64,000 nt of DNA from the human T2T-CHM13v2.0 reference genome, Homo sapiens, in assembly GCF_009914755.1 (NCBI RefSeq), contig NC_060932.1. One strand, 5' to 3'. The notes below the pieces were generated by a model, which worked only from the letters and a program-made list of their open reading frames with translations, searched no databases and had not been told where the DNA came from. Below, piece after piece: positions 39,070 to 55,768 of this stretch (the first letter of the stretch is position 1; every line of letters begins with the position of its first letter). Made by a program: the position numbers and the translations under genes.

Positions 39070-40632
39070 TCAGGTTTAGATGGTGTTCATTTTGAACAAT
39101 CTTGGTGCTGTCAGAGAAGATGACTAGGAAGTATCTTTTGGAAAACACTGGAATTCATACAGTTGAATTGCTATATAGTGGATGCTTTCCTTTCTAATGG
39201 GAAACTTAGTTGTCTAGGATAATGGCACCAACCATATCAGACATGAGGTAATGCCATGGGTTGCTATCTACTTGGTGAAAGGAGCCTGGGTTTCTGTGTG
39301 GTACGTGTTGGACTGAGTGGTGTTTACTACCTGCATGTCTTGATGCAAGCACTTGACATCTCACCTGCCTTTACTGCTCTAAAATGGGGATAATAGTACC
39401 TATGTTACTGAGTTATTGTGAGAATAAATATGGAAAGTATATAAAATGCCTTTAACACAAAGCAGCTATTTAATAGTTATTCTTCTTCCTTTTGCACAGA
39501 GTAGAACCTGAATTCAAGTCTTCTGGTCTAACACCATTGGGTTTATTAGTGTGACATTCTCACATTGGGGAGGAAACTATAGCCTTGAAATTCTAGCCCA
39601 CTAACCTATTGGCAAGTAGTGGTTATTTTCCTATTGTTGTTTCCAAGGCCTGGCAAGACTCAGTATTAACCAGCTCTGTTGGATAAGGACAATTAATTAC
39701 CCTGCCTCTGAGCCACTTGGCTTATACTTCTGGAGTTTAACGTAATCCAGCATGGAAACCTCATTTGACCTGGGCATGGCAGAGGTGGGTGGGGGTGGAG
39801 GCACTCTGGGCGCTGATGCTGGACTGTGCTTATGCCTGTAACTTGCTAAAATTCTCCACTCCTACCTTTTTCTTGTCTTAAATTGATTTTTCCTTTTGCT
39901 TTACCTCCCTCTTCTGGCTGACTGGGAAAGTGCTACCATAAATAGATAATTTTGAAGCTCTATTTATAAGCTGAAACTTTTGAGTAAAAATCTTTTACAT
40001 CAACACCTCCCCAATCAAACTAGTTCACCCAATAAACAACTTTCTAACCTCCAGTTATGCAGAAAGAGGATTTTTAGGTCCTTACTTCATTTCCATAACT
40101 CTTAGTTACTTCTTGTTTTAGAGACAGGGTTTCACTGTGTTGCTCAGGCTGGTCTTGAACTCCTGAGCTCAAACTACCTGCCTTGGCCTCCTAAAGTGCT
40201 GGGATTACAGGTGTGAGCCACTGAGCCCAGCCCAGTGCAGGCTTTTAATGCTTAGTAAGTCTTATATGAAAATATACTTAAAATGAGTCACAAATTTGTT
40301 AGTTTTCTCAAATCATTAAAATAATACTAAATTGTCAAATTGTATGTAATGTAGACTTGTTTTTGCAGTACTTTGTTTTATATTTCTGTTAAAAGTGATT
40401 ACAAACTGTGCTGTAGTCAAACTTGAACATTTGATATCACAAAAACACCTCTGTTAAGTTAAATAGAAATTTTCCATCTGGATAGTTTTGGATTGAATGA
40501 TACAGTGGCTGAGATTCAGGCATTTCTCATGAAGTAACTGAAACTGTCTTGCTTCTTACATAACTGAAACGTTAAGAATATTGTTTTTAGGGGTACAAAA
40601 ATCTTTAACATCATTTTGCTTTTAAAAACTGA

Positions 40633-40935
<303 letters not shown>

Positions 40936-41368
40936 TGAGGATACATTCACCTTCTTTCTTCCCCATTTGTTTGTCTTATAAAACCAAAGTACCAGGCTTC
41001 TTGAGGAATTTTGTTTATAACATGACTGCCATGAATAGTTTTTAGTTTAAAAAAAAGATGAGCCCCAGTGGCTTCTATACACAGTAGCTAAGAGATTAGC
41101 AAAATAAGCTAACATTTCCCAGGTGATGTTTTTAGTTTTCCCATTTTATTTAAATATCAGCCTTTTCATGTAAAGTCTTCACTGCAGTTGCTCAGTGAGC
41201 ATTCACTAATTCAATAAAGGCGTGCTGTGTACCACTAGCATAGTCACTAGACATGCATGGAACAGGGAACTCTATTTGCCCTGAAGGAGAGTAGAGTCCA
41301 TGTTCTGCAGACATATTACATGGCCCTTTATTGGACTTCTGTGTGCTTTTGTTGAGCATTAGCTCTAG

Positions 41369-41800
<432 letters not shown>

Positions 41801-42653
41801 TGATACAGGATTTGGTCCCTGCCTTACAAGTAGATCACGGCTGGTTGGGAAAAGGATGACATCTTTGCTTAGCATTTACACTTTTACTTTTCTAACTATG
41901 AAAATAATAGTTGTTCATTTGGAAATTTGAAACTTGTAGAAGAGCAGAAAGAAGAAAGCCAAAGTTAACCCCTGAGCTCACTACTAAGTAATCTCCAATG
42001 TTACATTTTCTATGCAGGGTTATATTTTTATTTAAGCATAGTGAAGTGAAATTCAGTATAGTAACAATGTATATTTTGTGACATAGAAATTCAAAGTACA
42101 GTGAGATCATTTTCTCTCAGGGCACCCTGTGAAAGTCTTCTGAAGAGGGTGACATTTGATGTGGGCCTTGGAGGATGTGTACCATGTCAAAGGTGGAGAC
42201 TGGGTACATTTCATGGAAGCTCCCACATAATAATTGATACATTCCCTTTATTAACATTACTGTCCTGGGGCGTGTGTGTGCTAATCTATTCCAGAGAGGC
42301 AGGCATCTCAGAAATTCCAGCACCTTTGAAACTTCTTAAGACATTGGAAAGGAAACTTTGTACTTTCTCTCTTTACTCAGAGAAGTAAAATTTAACAAAA
42401 GCAGGGTATTGCCAAGATGGTTGTAGTTTTCATTTAGAGGAAGCAGTTTGGCTACTTCTTTACCTTTCATTCTGTTGATATGTTCTGTGTTCATAACAAC
42501 CCATCAATTTGTAAAGGTTTTAATATTCCCAGTAGTTGCTTGGTTTTTCATGCAGAACATACCCAGCCCTCTAATCCATGATTGGGAGGTGGGGGCGTAT
42601 CGTTACTGTTACTTGAACCAATATCTTTATTTATACTTTTTGTTTGTTTCTAG

Positions 42654-42722
42654 TTTGGGCCACACATGTTGAAGCCAACAGGAAAAATGAAGGCTTTAAT
42701 TGAAAATGTATCAGACTCCTAA
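42654..42722 (+). CDS. MTFR1: MTFR1 last coding exon, FGPHMLKPTGKMKALIENVSDS-stop
   Basis: tttgtttctag| acceptor, TAA at 42720-42722; exon lengths sum 66+99+116+236+247+169+69=1002 nt, giving 333 aa. Confidence 0.95.
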   Translation, partial: FGPHMLKPTGKMKALIENVSDS

Positions 42723-44230
42723 TAGACAATGAGCTGCGAAAAGACTCCTGGTTCCCCTGTTGATTTGTGAGGGCCAAGTTTGCTAGTAGAAATCGACACT
42801 GTTTAGTAAATACCTCTTTAGTATTCAGTGGTCTTCTTTTCAGGCTAATTAGTGGATTAAGCAATAATGAAAGCACTAAGTTTGGTTTTGCTTTTGTGAG
42901 ATGGTCAGCTTTGGTGCTCTCCACAACATGTGTGTTCTGACATGTTTCTAATATGTGGCCAGGGCGTTCAGATTTCCAGTTTTGAAAACAATTGTATAGA
43001 TTTCACAACACAAAAAGGACATTTGTGGATGTTACTGCACATTTTAAATTCTTAACACTAATTTATCTGTATAAGTGTTTTATATGCATATTTTTGGACA
43101 TAAACAGTTTATGTAAAATTAGTAATGAATGATGGCAACGAGGGCACTGTTATCTTCGTTTGTTTTCAATGATCATTTAGCATTCAATGATGGAACAGCT
43201 GGTATAACATAAGTTGTTGGCATGAAATATTTGAGATTGGAAACTTCTTGCCTTGAACAGAACTTATATCTTAGATTCTCTCTCACATTTTCTTGGAGCT
43301 GGGGTTTGAATAGGAACCAGATGATGTTCACTGCTGAAATTCCATAATGCTTCCCATTGAAGGGAAGTTGAGAACCAGGAAAGCTGCTTTCACGTCATTG
43401 CCATCCAGTACTGACAGGGAAGAAAGATGTAGTTTTCCAGTAGTGATGAATCAAATTATTGAATTAAATTTCTTCTTAAGAAGTAAAAACTCAGAATGTA
43501 CCATCTTGTTTCCTTTCAGTTTATTAAATGGCATCATAAAGATGACTTTGCTAAGTTAATAGAGTTAAAAATTTTTTTAATATAAGCCAAAATATTAACT
43601 TTAATGAAACATTGACTTGGCAAATGAATTTCCTATAAATTATCATTGGTCAGAATGCTGTTTTGTTTAATAATATTACGCAACATAAACCATAGGTGTT
43701 ATTAGAAGTGGAGAACTGCCTTTTTCATCTGGGGCTTTTAAGGACTTGCTATAAATGATTATTTTTTAAATGCTTTATAAATCTTCATGGTTTTTCTATT
43801 TCTGATACACTCAGCTATAGTTAATACCAGAGTATCCTACCAGGAGTAATATTTGGAATATTTAAATCTAGTAAAAGAAGAAAGTTGTACTTCCTGGCTG
43901 GGAGTATTAGGAGATGGGAGTAGAGATTCACTTTTAAGTTCTTGAAAATATATGCATTCTCCTAAATATTAACAAAAATGATTTGGGGAAATGACATGGC
44001 TTGATTGTTCTGTTTAAATTTGTACTGTGGCTTATGTTACACATGTTCATGTTCACCTCTCATTCACCTGTTTTATATGGTTTAAAATTCTCTTTAACAA
44101 AATTCAGAAAATTCACCTGAAACGTATTTTGACCTAAAAGAAACATATTTTTGTATCAGTATTGAATTTTGGACAGTGCCCCCATATAAGGAAGTTACTG
44201 TTTTAAAATAAAGCAAACTAACTGTTTTAT
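42723..44230 (+). other. MTFR1: MTFR1 3'UTR
   Basis: Repeat-free AT-rich sequence between the stop codon and the AATAAA at 44207; the 3' end is estimated. Confidence 0.8.
44207..44212 (+). terminator. MTFR1 polyadenylation signal AATAAA
   Basis: AATAAA followed about 10-25 nt later by U-rich ctgttttattttcc. Confidence 0.75.
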
Positions 44231-44655
44231 TTTCCTTGGACCATAGTGCTTCCATTTTTTCTTTTTTCACAATAGGTAAGATTCTTTTGCACACGTAGCT
44301 TCTTTAGAATAATTTTCTTTCTGCATTTTTCAAGTGGAATTATATTCCTTAAAATAAGCTCTTAAAATCACCTCTCATTCACTTTTTCTCATATAAAGAG
44401 ATCTCAGCATTAAAACAGGACAGTCATGAGGTATCACAGTTGACTCAGGGTTCTCAAACCCATAATCTACTTCTGAGATTGGTGAAATTTGTCTTCCCAG
44501 CTTCTCCCACACCCACGTCATTCAGTTTCTAGTTCTTTCACCCAACACAACACCTGAAGTAAAAGACCTTAAGAATAGTTATACCTCAGCTAGGTATGAG
44601 AAAGAAAGGTAACTAACTTTCCTATGTTTTGTCTGAGTTCTGATTGAGGGACTCT

Positions 44656-44656
<1 letters not shown>

Positions 44657-44692
<36 letters not shown>
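44657..44692 (+). repeat. Compound (AT)n(AG)n microsatellite
   Basis: Read directly. Confidence 0.95.
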
Positions 44693-44693
<1 letters not shown>

Positions 44694-46384
44694 ATACAAG
44701 ACAGAATGGGAAGATCTGAGTCAGAGAACACTGGACTTGGAGCTTTACATGATCCCCTGTTAAATAATTTATCTTTACTTTTGCATTATTTTACACAGGG
44801 TCTCTGTAGTTTCCAATAAAATGATTTCTCCAGTGGTCCCTGGCACCTGTAAAAGGCATCATCCTATGCACTTGCTTGTGCAGGCTTGGCATAGGAGGGG
44901 TAGGACTTGCAGTCTTTAGTTCTGGTTGTTTCCCCAGTCCCAGGCCCTTCTACATAAGACTTGTGTCTTCTTTCTGTATTAGGAATGCCTATGTGTCTGT
45001 CTCTCTGGTGAAGAGGAATACACGTGGTAATAACTAGCAGAAACAAATACTTTGAAAAAACCATAGTTCTGATAACTTCCCCAGAAATAAATAGAAGTTC
45101 TCTCTGTGGGATAGAATCTGGCAGACAGAAGTTTAAACTTTCAGGAGTTCGCCCAACAAAGTCAGCGCTGGGATTGCCAGATAGATAGAATGAGGCACTT
45201 GGTTTCAATTGCAGTAGGTTCCTGTTTCTGTGTCCTCTTTCCCTTTCTCATCCTAGAGATTTAGCATTCTTCTCTGCTACCCTATTGATCCTATTTGTTA
45301 GGATTCTTCTTAGACTTGCCTTGTAAACCTTATAAACAATCTAGCTCTTCCTTGGTCTTGGTAGCCATCCTTTGAGGATGGGATAATAAAAATAGCATAA
45401 CCAAGTAAGGATCTATAACTTTTGCACACTTCTTCCTTCCAAGACTATTATTATCCTTAGTCTAGTTCATATGGTCTAGAAGCCTTAATGTTCCTAAAGC
45501 TGGAACTTCTCTGATACATTCTCCAGCCCCTTGTTAAGGTCACAGAGGGCTCCTTCGATAAGGGCAGAGTAGAACACAAGTGTCCTTTAGACATTTTCAG
45601 GAGGGTAAATGTTAAGACAGCTCAAACAGTGCCTCCTGATCATACCAAATGGTTATCCCAGGGCAGTCCTCCATAACCCAATTGGAAAAGCCTTAATTTG
45701 GGGAGAAAGGCCAGACTCTTCATAACAAGATTTTAACCAAAGGTATAAAAACATTCTGTTAATGTTGCCTAATGGTCACCCCTCTTCATTAGCCAGATAC
45801 ACTTTTTATCGAAAGGTGAAAGAAAGCGTATTCCCCAGGTACTATGTTGTGGAAACTAGGTATCATTTTAAGGGTGAAAAAGGATACAGCTAGAGCATGG
45901 TTGGAAATCATTCTGAAATACTAGCATTGAGTACAAGGGGAGGGAAGTGCATAAGGCACTGACCGCGGGGGCTGAGCTGTCCAGATCCCCCCAACCCCTG
46001 CCTTCCCTTCTGCAAGGGGCACGCCTGGTAATGTAGAGACTGCTCTGTAACCCAGGACACAGCCCTGATGAGCTTTTCCAATCAGGTTCTCCCTCATGAA
46101 TTTGAGTAGGAAGCCTCTAGAGTGAATCAGTGCCAGGAGCTCAAATAAAGATGTTATGAGGTACAATTGTATCCATGTGTTTATATAAGTAGAAATTATC
46201 AAGAAATGAACTAAAAAGAATAGCCATAGTAACCTTTGATTTAGCACTTACCATATATCAATAGTTAATTTTACTTTAAGGAACAGACATGTTATAGGTT
46301 AGGGAGCCACTCAGAAGATTAGGTAACCTGCCTAAGGACCCAAACCTAGGTCTGACAAGCTGTAAAGACAGTGCTCACCAGAAC

Positions 46385-46500
46385 TGACCATTCCAGCACC
46401 TGGATCTCAGATTTCTAGCCTCAAGAACTGTGAGAAATAACTGTTGTTTATAAGTCACCTAGTTTCTGGTTCTTTGTTCTAACAGCCTGAGTGGACTAAG
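46385..46500 (+). mobile_element. MLT1 (MaLR LTR) 3' fragment
   Basis: ttctagcctcaagaactgtgagaaataa...gactaag, characteristic of the MLT1 end. Confidence 0.65.
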
Positions 46501-46796
46501 GGAAGCACTATCCTTTCTAGTATTTCCTTCAAAAAATTCATCTTTAGATCTGTAACTTCTTTTACTGATTTCAACTAAGTTAAGGGAACTTGGGAAATCA
46601 TTACAGTCTCCTGCTGCTTTACAGGACATGGCTCAACAATAAATACTTCAAATCTGTGTTCCGAAATGTCATGTAAATAAATGTACAGCTTAAAGATAGG
46701 TGTTGTAATACAAGATGGAATGTCTTGGCAAAGACTTATTGATGGGACCAGTGGAAAGCTTCAGTAAACCAATTACATCACTGTGCTTCAATTTTA

Positions 46797-47207
<411 letters not shown>

Positions 47208-47383
47208 CTATCAGACTTTAAGGTGGGTTTCAGGACAAGTTAGGACATGTAGGTATAAGACTAAAATATGTAATTGATGAAAGTATTTTACCTAAAGTAG
47301 CATATTGAACATTTAAAACTATTTTAGAATCAAATTTGAAGGCTAAGTAACTTTATCGGTCATAGATGTTAACTATTTTTTGA

Positions 47384-47602
<219 letters not shown>

Positions 47603-48030
47603 TGATCTGTCCGCCTCAGCCTCCCAAAGAGCTGGGATTATGGATGTGAGCCACCACACCCAGCCAACAATTTTAAAAATACAAGAATTACTAGATATGG
47701 TGTCATTTTTATCATTACCCGAACAAAACCCTACATTCTCCTAAACAACCCAACACTACTGATACCATACAGAAACCCGCCATATTATATAACATGTTGC
47801 ACTTATTATTCTGTCACCCAGACATGTTGAGAACAGAAACCAAGGTTTGTAATTTTTAATGCCCCCCTTTATTATATATCTAGTGCCATCTTCTGCACAC
47901 AACAGAAACTTGGATACTGCTTACCACATGACTCCAGTATAGACGGAAGAGTTTCAATATAATCTCTTAGTAATAAATCGATAGCTAAAAAGGGAACACA
48001 TTAATTCCAAATTAATTTGTTCAACAAACG

Positions 48031-48036
48031 TTTATT
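48031..48036 (-). terminator. PDE7A candidate distal polyadenylation signal
   Basis: tttatt on +; the downstream - strand sequence is GU/U-rich (tgtgttcccttttt). Confidence 0.55.
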
Positions 48037-49115
48037 AATGGCCCAATGTACACCAGCCCTATGGTGAGCACAGGAACCAGGAAGATGGAGGAGACCTGCT
48101 GGGTGCTCTCCATCAGCTCACTCCCAAGTGGTGGTCATTCCACCTGTAGACCATGGGCTCTTGGGGGCCTTCCAGATGACACAAGTCATTATTAGCAAGG
48201 AACAAGCTGCTAATTCTTGCACAGACCTGTATTACTCCGTGTTTCAAATGTATGCAGATGCTACAGTGATTAATATGCACATTTCTTTGAAAGCAATACT
48301 GAATTCCTATTAGCTATTGGTCACTGTGTATTTTCTCAATCAGGAGATACCGATTGAGGGGATTTTAAACAACATTTATACATTAAAATATTTATACATG
48401 CTTGAAAACACTGGAAATACCTGATGTGAGAGTTTTAAGAAAATAGAAAGTTTAATAAAAACCAAGAAAGCATTTTGGAAAAAAAGATCATTTTCAGAAT
48501 CTTCAAGGAATTACTAGCACCTCTAATCTGTACCTCAGGTACAAATATATTTGTTTGCAAAGGACATAAAATATGATTTTTACTTTTATACAGAGTATCA
48601 TTACCAACCATCACATTTACAGTGAGTACAAATATTGACCAGGAACCAATTTTTCTTTTTTAAAGTTAGGACTTGTCAAAATTTTCTCTCCAAGGACCTT
48701 TTACTCCTAGAGCAGAGACTCCCTCAGCCCCTGAAATGTTGAGCCAAGAGGCCCAAAGGGTGGCCATGTGTGTGAAAATTTTTAGTCTCCCATGTAAAAT
48801 AAATTTTGCATTCTGTTCTGTAATATTTACTTGCTTTTTAAAAAAGTAATCTTTTAAATATTTAACTGTTTCCTAAAATTTTTTAGAAAAAAATATTCCA
48901 GTAATATAGGTCGTATTTAAGTGGAGCTATAGGCCTGATGCAGTGTCTCACACCTGTAATCCCAGCACTTTGAGAGGCCACGGTGGCAGGACTGCTTGAG
49001 CCCAAGAGTTCAAGACCAGCCAAGCCAACAAAGAGAGACCCTGTCTCTATAAAAAAGTTTTTTTTTTTTTTTTGAGACAGAGTCTTGCTCTGTCACCTAG
49101 GCTGGAGTGCAGTAG

Positions 49116-49292
<177 letters not shown>

Positions 49293-49475
49293 TGATCCAC
49301 CCACCTCAGCCTCCCAAAGTGCTGGGATTACAGGTGTGAGCCACCATGCCCGGCCACAAAAATGTTCTTAAAAAATTAGCTGGCCGGGCACGGTGGCTCA
49401 CGCCTGTAATCCCAGCACTATGGGAGGCCGAGGCGGGCGGATCACGAGGTCAGGAGATTGAGACCATCCTGGCTA

Positions 49476-49705
<230 letters not shown>

Positions 49706-50579
49706 AGCTGGGTGGTGTGGTGGCACTCAGGAGGCTGAGGTGGGAGGATTGCTTGAGCCTAGGAGGTGGAGGCTGCAGTGATCATGCCACTGCACTCCAG
49801 CCTAGTTAGCAGCGAGACCCTGTCTCAAAAAAAAAAAAAAACAAAAGGGCTATAGAAGGTGATTCCCACATATACATAATAAAACAACTTTTCAATGGGT
49901 TTATTATATGTGTAGGCAGGAAATGGGAGCCACACCCACAGTTCCCCTGAGAATGTGGAAATAGGATGATCTTTTCAGTTTCAAACTATAAGAGAAACAA
50001 TGGATCAGAGCAGAAGCAATCATGTATACAGGCAGAATGGAGCCCAGGTAAGCTCAACTGAAACAAGGCTTGAGGTAATGACGTTATTTAATGCATGTGC
50101 CAATCAGAAGCTGATGTAGAGAAGCAACTACTGGCAGAGAATCTCTAGCACCTTCCAGGGGAAGAGGGTACCCTGGTCCACAAACATGAATATCACAGAA
50201 GACATGGGTCTTCTGTGCACCCAAAGGGACATGGGTGCACGAGGCAACTTGCTTCCCTTGCTCAGAATCCATGCTCACCAGCTGCTCATAATTTGGCTTC
50301 CCAGGAAGATTTGCCTAAAGGGAGAGAATAATTGATAGTTACATTTCTCACTGTAAATTAAAATATTGATAGTGTTTTAAAAAAATAGTTACTGTGAGCT
50401 TGGTTAATGTGGGTTTGCCATGATAGTTCCACTCTCTATGTACTGAAACAGTGGGCCTGAATTTTTAAGGATCTGAGTTATCAGACTTTCTGTACACATT
50501 AAATATAGGCCAAGGTATGGCCATCTCACGAGAGTGACCAGCTGACCATATTCCTCTACTACCCTCAGACCTCTATACC

Positions 50580-50872
50580 CACACTGTCCAATATGGTAGC
50601 CACTAGCCACATGTGGATATTGGGTGCCTGAGATATGACTAGTCCAAATTGAGATGTGCTGTAAGTACACAATATACACTGGATTTCAAAGACTTAGTAC
50701 CCCCCAAAAGAATGTAAAAACATCTAATTGTTTTTATATTGACATTTTAAAGTGATACAATATTTTGGACGTATTGGAATAGATGTTACTAAAATTAATT
50801 CCATGTTTTCTAAATGTGGCTACTAGAAAACCGAAAATTATGTGGCTTGGATTCTGTTTCTATTGGACATCA
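50580..50872. mobile_element. MER33/MER3-like hAT MITE
   Basis: Inverted termini ctgtccaata ... tattggaca and the motif ggtagccactagccacatgtgg. Confidence 0.75.
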
Positions 50873-51376
50873 ACACTCTTCTGTACAAATAATATGTTAA
50901 TGTGTTTGATTTAGAAGTTTGCACCATATCCCTTCTAATGAGTTGGACCTGGGAAGATATAGGGAATGGCACAGTGGTACCTTGTTTACAACTGATATCA
51001 ATCAAGTAGAGTGGAGTGGCCTTTTCTTATCACTTTAAAAAGGCCAATGATTGATAGAAATAAATACAACTAGTATTTTAGTACTTGCAAGACTTGCTGA
51101 TGTCTTATGCAGTTCACCACTGTAGGAACAAAAGGCCTGGCTCAAAGCTGACCTCTCCCCTGTGTTAGTCAGGACTCCAACAGCCCTAACTGGGCTTCTG
51201 CTTACTCACTTGCAAGGTGAGTCATTAGTAGATAAGCTCGGACTGAGTAAACATCTGAGGGATGAATTACAAGAGCCAAGAAGCTAACTTTGATTTCCTT
51301 GTAATTTAGCATTGTGTTTTCCAAAAGATTGAGTTATAAGGTAAATGTCAAAGATAAAAATATGAAAAGATAGGTT

Positions 51377-51382
51377 TTTATT
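51377..51382 (-). terminator. PDE7A proximal polyadenylation signal
   Basis: tttatt on + (AATAAA on -), followed on the - strand by U-rich sequence. Confidence 0.7.
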
Positions 51383-52967
51383 CATCAAAAGTTAACAGCA
51401 ACAGGCACATATTAAAATGAGTATGGCAAAGCCTTTTACAAATGGCTTTACACTCAAGCTTTCTCCCAAGAAAATGGCTGTTGCAACAAACTGTAAACAA
51501 TTAATAAACAGTCTTTTACAGTAACAAGGGAAATACAAATGAACTAAAAGAAAGCACCGGTTTCTCTTAAAACTAGATTACAGTTGTGCTTACTATACAT
51601 AAAACAATTTAAAACAAATTACAAAAGTGGAATGTTTGAAGTTTAAAATTAGTCCTTATAGTTTGTCCTAGAAAACATCTGTTCACATCAAAAGGCCCGT
51701 CAAAGGGTAACGTTTCATCAAAGGGAGGGACAAGAAAACAATGCACTTTTTTCAAATCAAAACAAGAAGTTTGGTCACTTAGCTATGTGCATAGTTTAAG
51801 GCAACTGGAGCAATCTGTTACAGCTTACCTACCAACCTTCCCCTCCCCCGAGTGTGGCTGCTCATTATGTCACATTCTAAAATAATAAATAAAAGCTTAC
51901 ATTTCAAATCTTTGCCCACATGGAGAAACATAACATGCACAGTCACACATGCACAAACATGCACGCAAACACACATCCGTACATTCACACACAACATACC
52001 TCTCACTCACTGCAGCGAAAGGGACTTTAGTACCCTTGATCTGAAGGACACACTCTCCCATCCCACTTTTATTTCAGATTGGCAAATACCCTGAGCTGAT
52101 TATGGTGTTTTAAACATTCCACCTTTTTCTCGCATGTGCAGGTCAAGTGTACAGTAGTGAAAACAACATGCAATGTCTTCACTGCAGAATCATAATACAG
52201 CTAGGACATTGGTGTTCTTCCCCTCCCACCCCAAATTAAAAACTAATTGCTAAAAAAAATTGCATTGCCAAACGGCACTGGAGTGAAAGCTTGGCGGTAC
52301 TCTACGATAAATGCTCAGTTTCCAGTGCATGAAATAAAACTATAGCAAATGGGAGGCTTTGGTGGCATCCAAAGAAGAAAAAGGCAAACCAGGGGGAAAG
52401 AGCTGCAGTCTAAAGTTTGATCTTTAAATTTGTTTGAGTGGTTCCTTCACAATCATGCTCCAAGGCAATTTAGAACCAATATTTTCAGAGTTGATTTGTA
52501 AACATTGTCTTGCCAGAGGCAGCAGAGGCTGGGCACTTCACATTTCCATTTTCTCAGAGAGAACTTAGTGGAAGGTACAAGATACACATTGTTGCATCAG
52601 ACTGGTTAAATTCCAAGAGATTGTTGCTGAACAATTCAAGTTTCACGTTTTGAAGATTAGATGCTTTGAAAAAGTCGTGGCACATATCAAAACTTCCTTT
52701 GTTACTCCTTTCGGATTCTCTCCTGCTGGGCTTTGCATATTCAAGGTTTCACATGAAAGCCAAATTCATATTGCTGTATGTTCGGGTCTTGCAATTAACA
52801 AGTGGGTTCAAATGATCCAACAGAGGAAATCTTGGAAATAAATAATGCTGGCTGGCATCACTCACTTGGAAACCTTGGCAGTCAAGAGTTAAGTTCTCTC
52901 ACCTCAAGACCCCATTTCACATTTCTAAAAACCTCCAGGAGGCAGTTTGTCCCACTGGTTCTGGGGG

Positions 52968-53195
<228 letters not shown>

Positions 53196-55476
53196 TTATT
53201 AACATATATGCTGAAACTCTATCTTTAAAACATCATCTATACAACATTAACCTTCCTACATCCTACTCCAGTATTACCCAGATCTTATTCTTCAAAAGAT
53301 TCCTGTGTATGTGTAGGTGACAGAGTCTGTAATGTACATATCCACTTTGAAGAACTGATTTCTTAAGTAACTCAATGGAAATTTGAGTAAAAGTGAACTG
53401 ACAAATATATCTAACCTTTTCTGGTTATCCTTCTCAGTGGCACAACTACATTCTTCTACTTAAGCAAAAATACACTGCCCATCTAAACTCTGAGGATACT
53501 CGGGCATAGCCCAATTCGAGGCAGAGTTGCAGTGCAACAACTGGAGGCTAAGAAGGGGTCTCCTTCAGGACTGAGGGTGATGTGGCCTGAACTGAAGTGG
53601 AGCTGGCAGTAGTCTACTGCTTTACCCCTCAGGGATGGAATCTTCATGCCTGGTCATGACTACAATTGGTCATTTTATTTAACTCAGAATTTATAAAGGC
53701 AAAACTTATGATAAGAGTCAGTCTAAAAATAACAGGTGGGGTTAGTGAAAAAATCATTAAAGTGAACAACAAATGTGTACCAGAGACCTATTTTATAAAC
53801 AATTCATATAATCTCCCTTAATTCAGTCAGAAAAGGAAAATGAGTGATTTCAGGATTGTTGCATCTTTAGGTTATATAGCACTCCACTGCACATTAGATC
53901 TGACTTAATACTAAGTAGTATCTTAAACAAGGTCAAAAGAAGCCCTCTAGAAAATAGCTATCAATCAAATCATATTATATATTGGGAACAAATAACATCT
54001 TTATCACATTTTGATCTGTTAAGAATGGGGAAAATATACATTCTGATTCTATCACGCTTTAAAATTTTCTTCATATCCAAGACTCTCGTTGCAGCAAAAG
54101 ACCATGTGGACCACAGACAACATAGGTTCCATTTATCCAACATAAGAATCTCACCAGAATTAAAGCAACCAGCATCCACTACTTTTAATCAGGAAAGTTA
54201 TATATGGTCTGATGGCTGAATTTTTTAAGTGTATATAATTATGGTATCTGAAATATTAATTATGTACAATATGTGCAATAAGGCTTTCTTTCTTTCATTG
54301 ATCCATTCCCTCCACACGTATTTACTGAGAACCTACTATGTCCCCGGCACTATGCCACGGTGGCTGGGTATACAGCAGTGAATAAGACAGACAAGATCCC
54401 TGCCCTCAAGGAGCTTATGTTCTGGTGAGGAGAAAGAGATAACAAACATAGAAAAGTGTCATTATAGTCAAAGCACACAGCGGCTTTCTGGCAGCCATCT
54501 TCACACTACAGTGTTATGTTGAGCCAGCCACCCAAAGCCCTGTCTTTCCTACGTGCCATAAAGTCATAAGCCACTGGAGTTATCTACCCACATGGCCCTT
54601 ATTATTATAGGTTTCATACCATTCATCTTATTTCATCCCTCTCACTGTTCCAACTGGTTGAGATCCTTGGGGATCTTACCTCCAACAGCCAACAAATTAG
54701 CTATCACTTCTGGCTCTACGTTAACCTAAAATTTCTTTTAGGTTTTAAATACCTGATAAAAATGAACAGACCAGAGCCATGGACCAGCCTCTCTCTTGGA
54801 GGGCAGGACTCTGTTAATTAGTACCTCGAACACAGCTGTTCAACCATTTGTGACTCCATTTAATTGTACTAGCCCCACAAGCCTCTACTTTATCTTCACA
54901 GATTTCACAGGACGCCTTGTCAAATGCCTTACTCTTATCCAGTACATATTTTCTTGTTCAACAAAATTAGTATTCCTATCAAAGAAAGAAACTGTATTAG
55001 TTCAACATGACTTGTACATACTGCCCCTATGTTGGGGAGTAGTAATCACTGCTTGGTGAGTTGTTAAGAGGCTGGGATTTGATGTCCGAAAGACCTGGAT
55101 TTGAAGCCCAACACCAACAGCTGTTAACTGCATGAAGTGGGCAAACCATCTGAAAATAAGGATGCTCAAAGCACCGGTCCCCTAGGGTTGTTGTGTGGAG
55201 TCAGCAGATGTCAACAATCACCATCAGATCAGTGACCTTATCCCTGACAACCCATTCTAGATCTGTACAACACTGACAAGATCAATAGCTTGAGATGAAC
55301 AGTGAAAGGGATCTAGCTTCTGTTACCTTATAAAAATTACAATGTTTTAAATCTCATTTGCAAGTTCTCCCATTAAGCAAGGGAGTAGTTTACTAGGATA
55401 AAAAGACATTTAATATTAAAAGTAACTGAGTTGACTACCGATTCACCTGTCTTCGATTCAATTCTCTTTTGTCCAT

Positions 55477-55768
<292 letters not shown>

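Noticed and set aside
45955-46030. Small GC-rich patch with tctgcaaggggcacg, a possible CTCF site between the genes
   Set aside because: Weak motif match and too few CpGs for an island; needs ChIP data.
44864-46247. 114-aa and 108-aa - strand ORFs in the intergenic spacer
   Set aside because: No recognisable domain, non-ATG starts, no exon structure; lengths compatible with chance.
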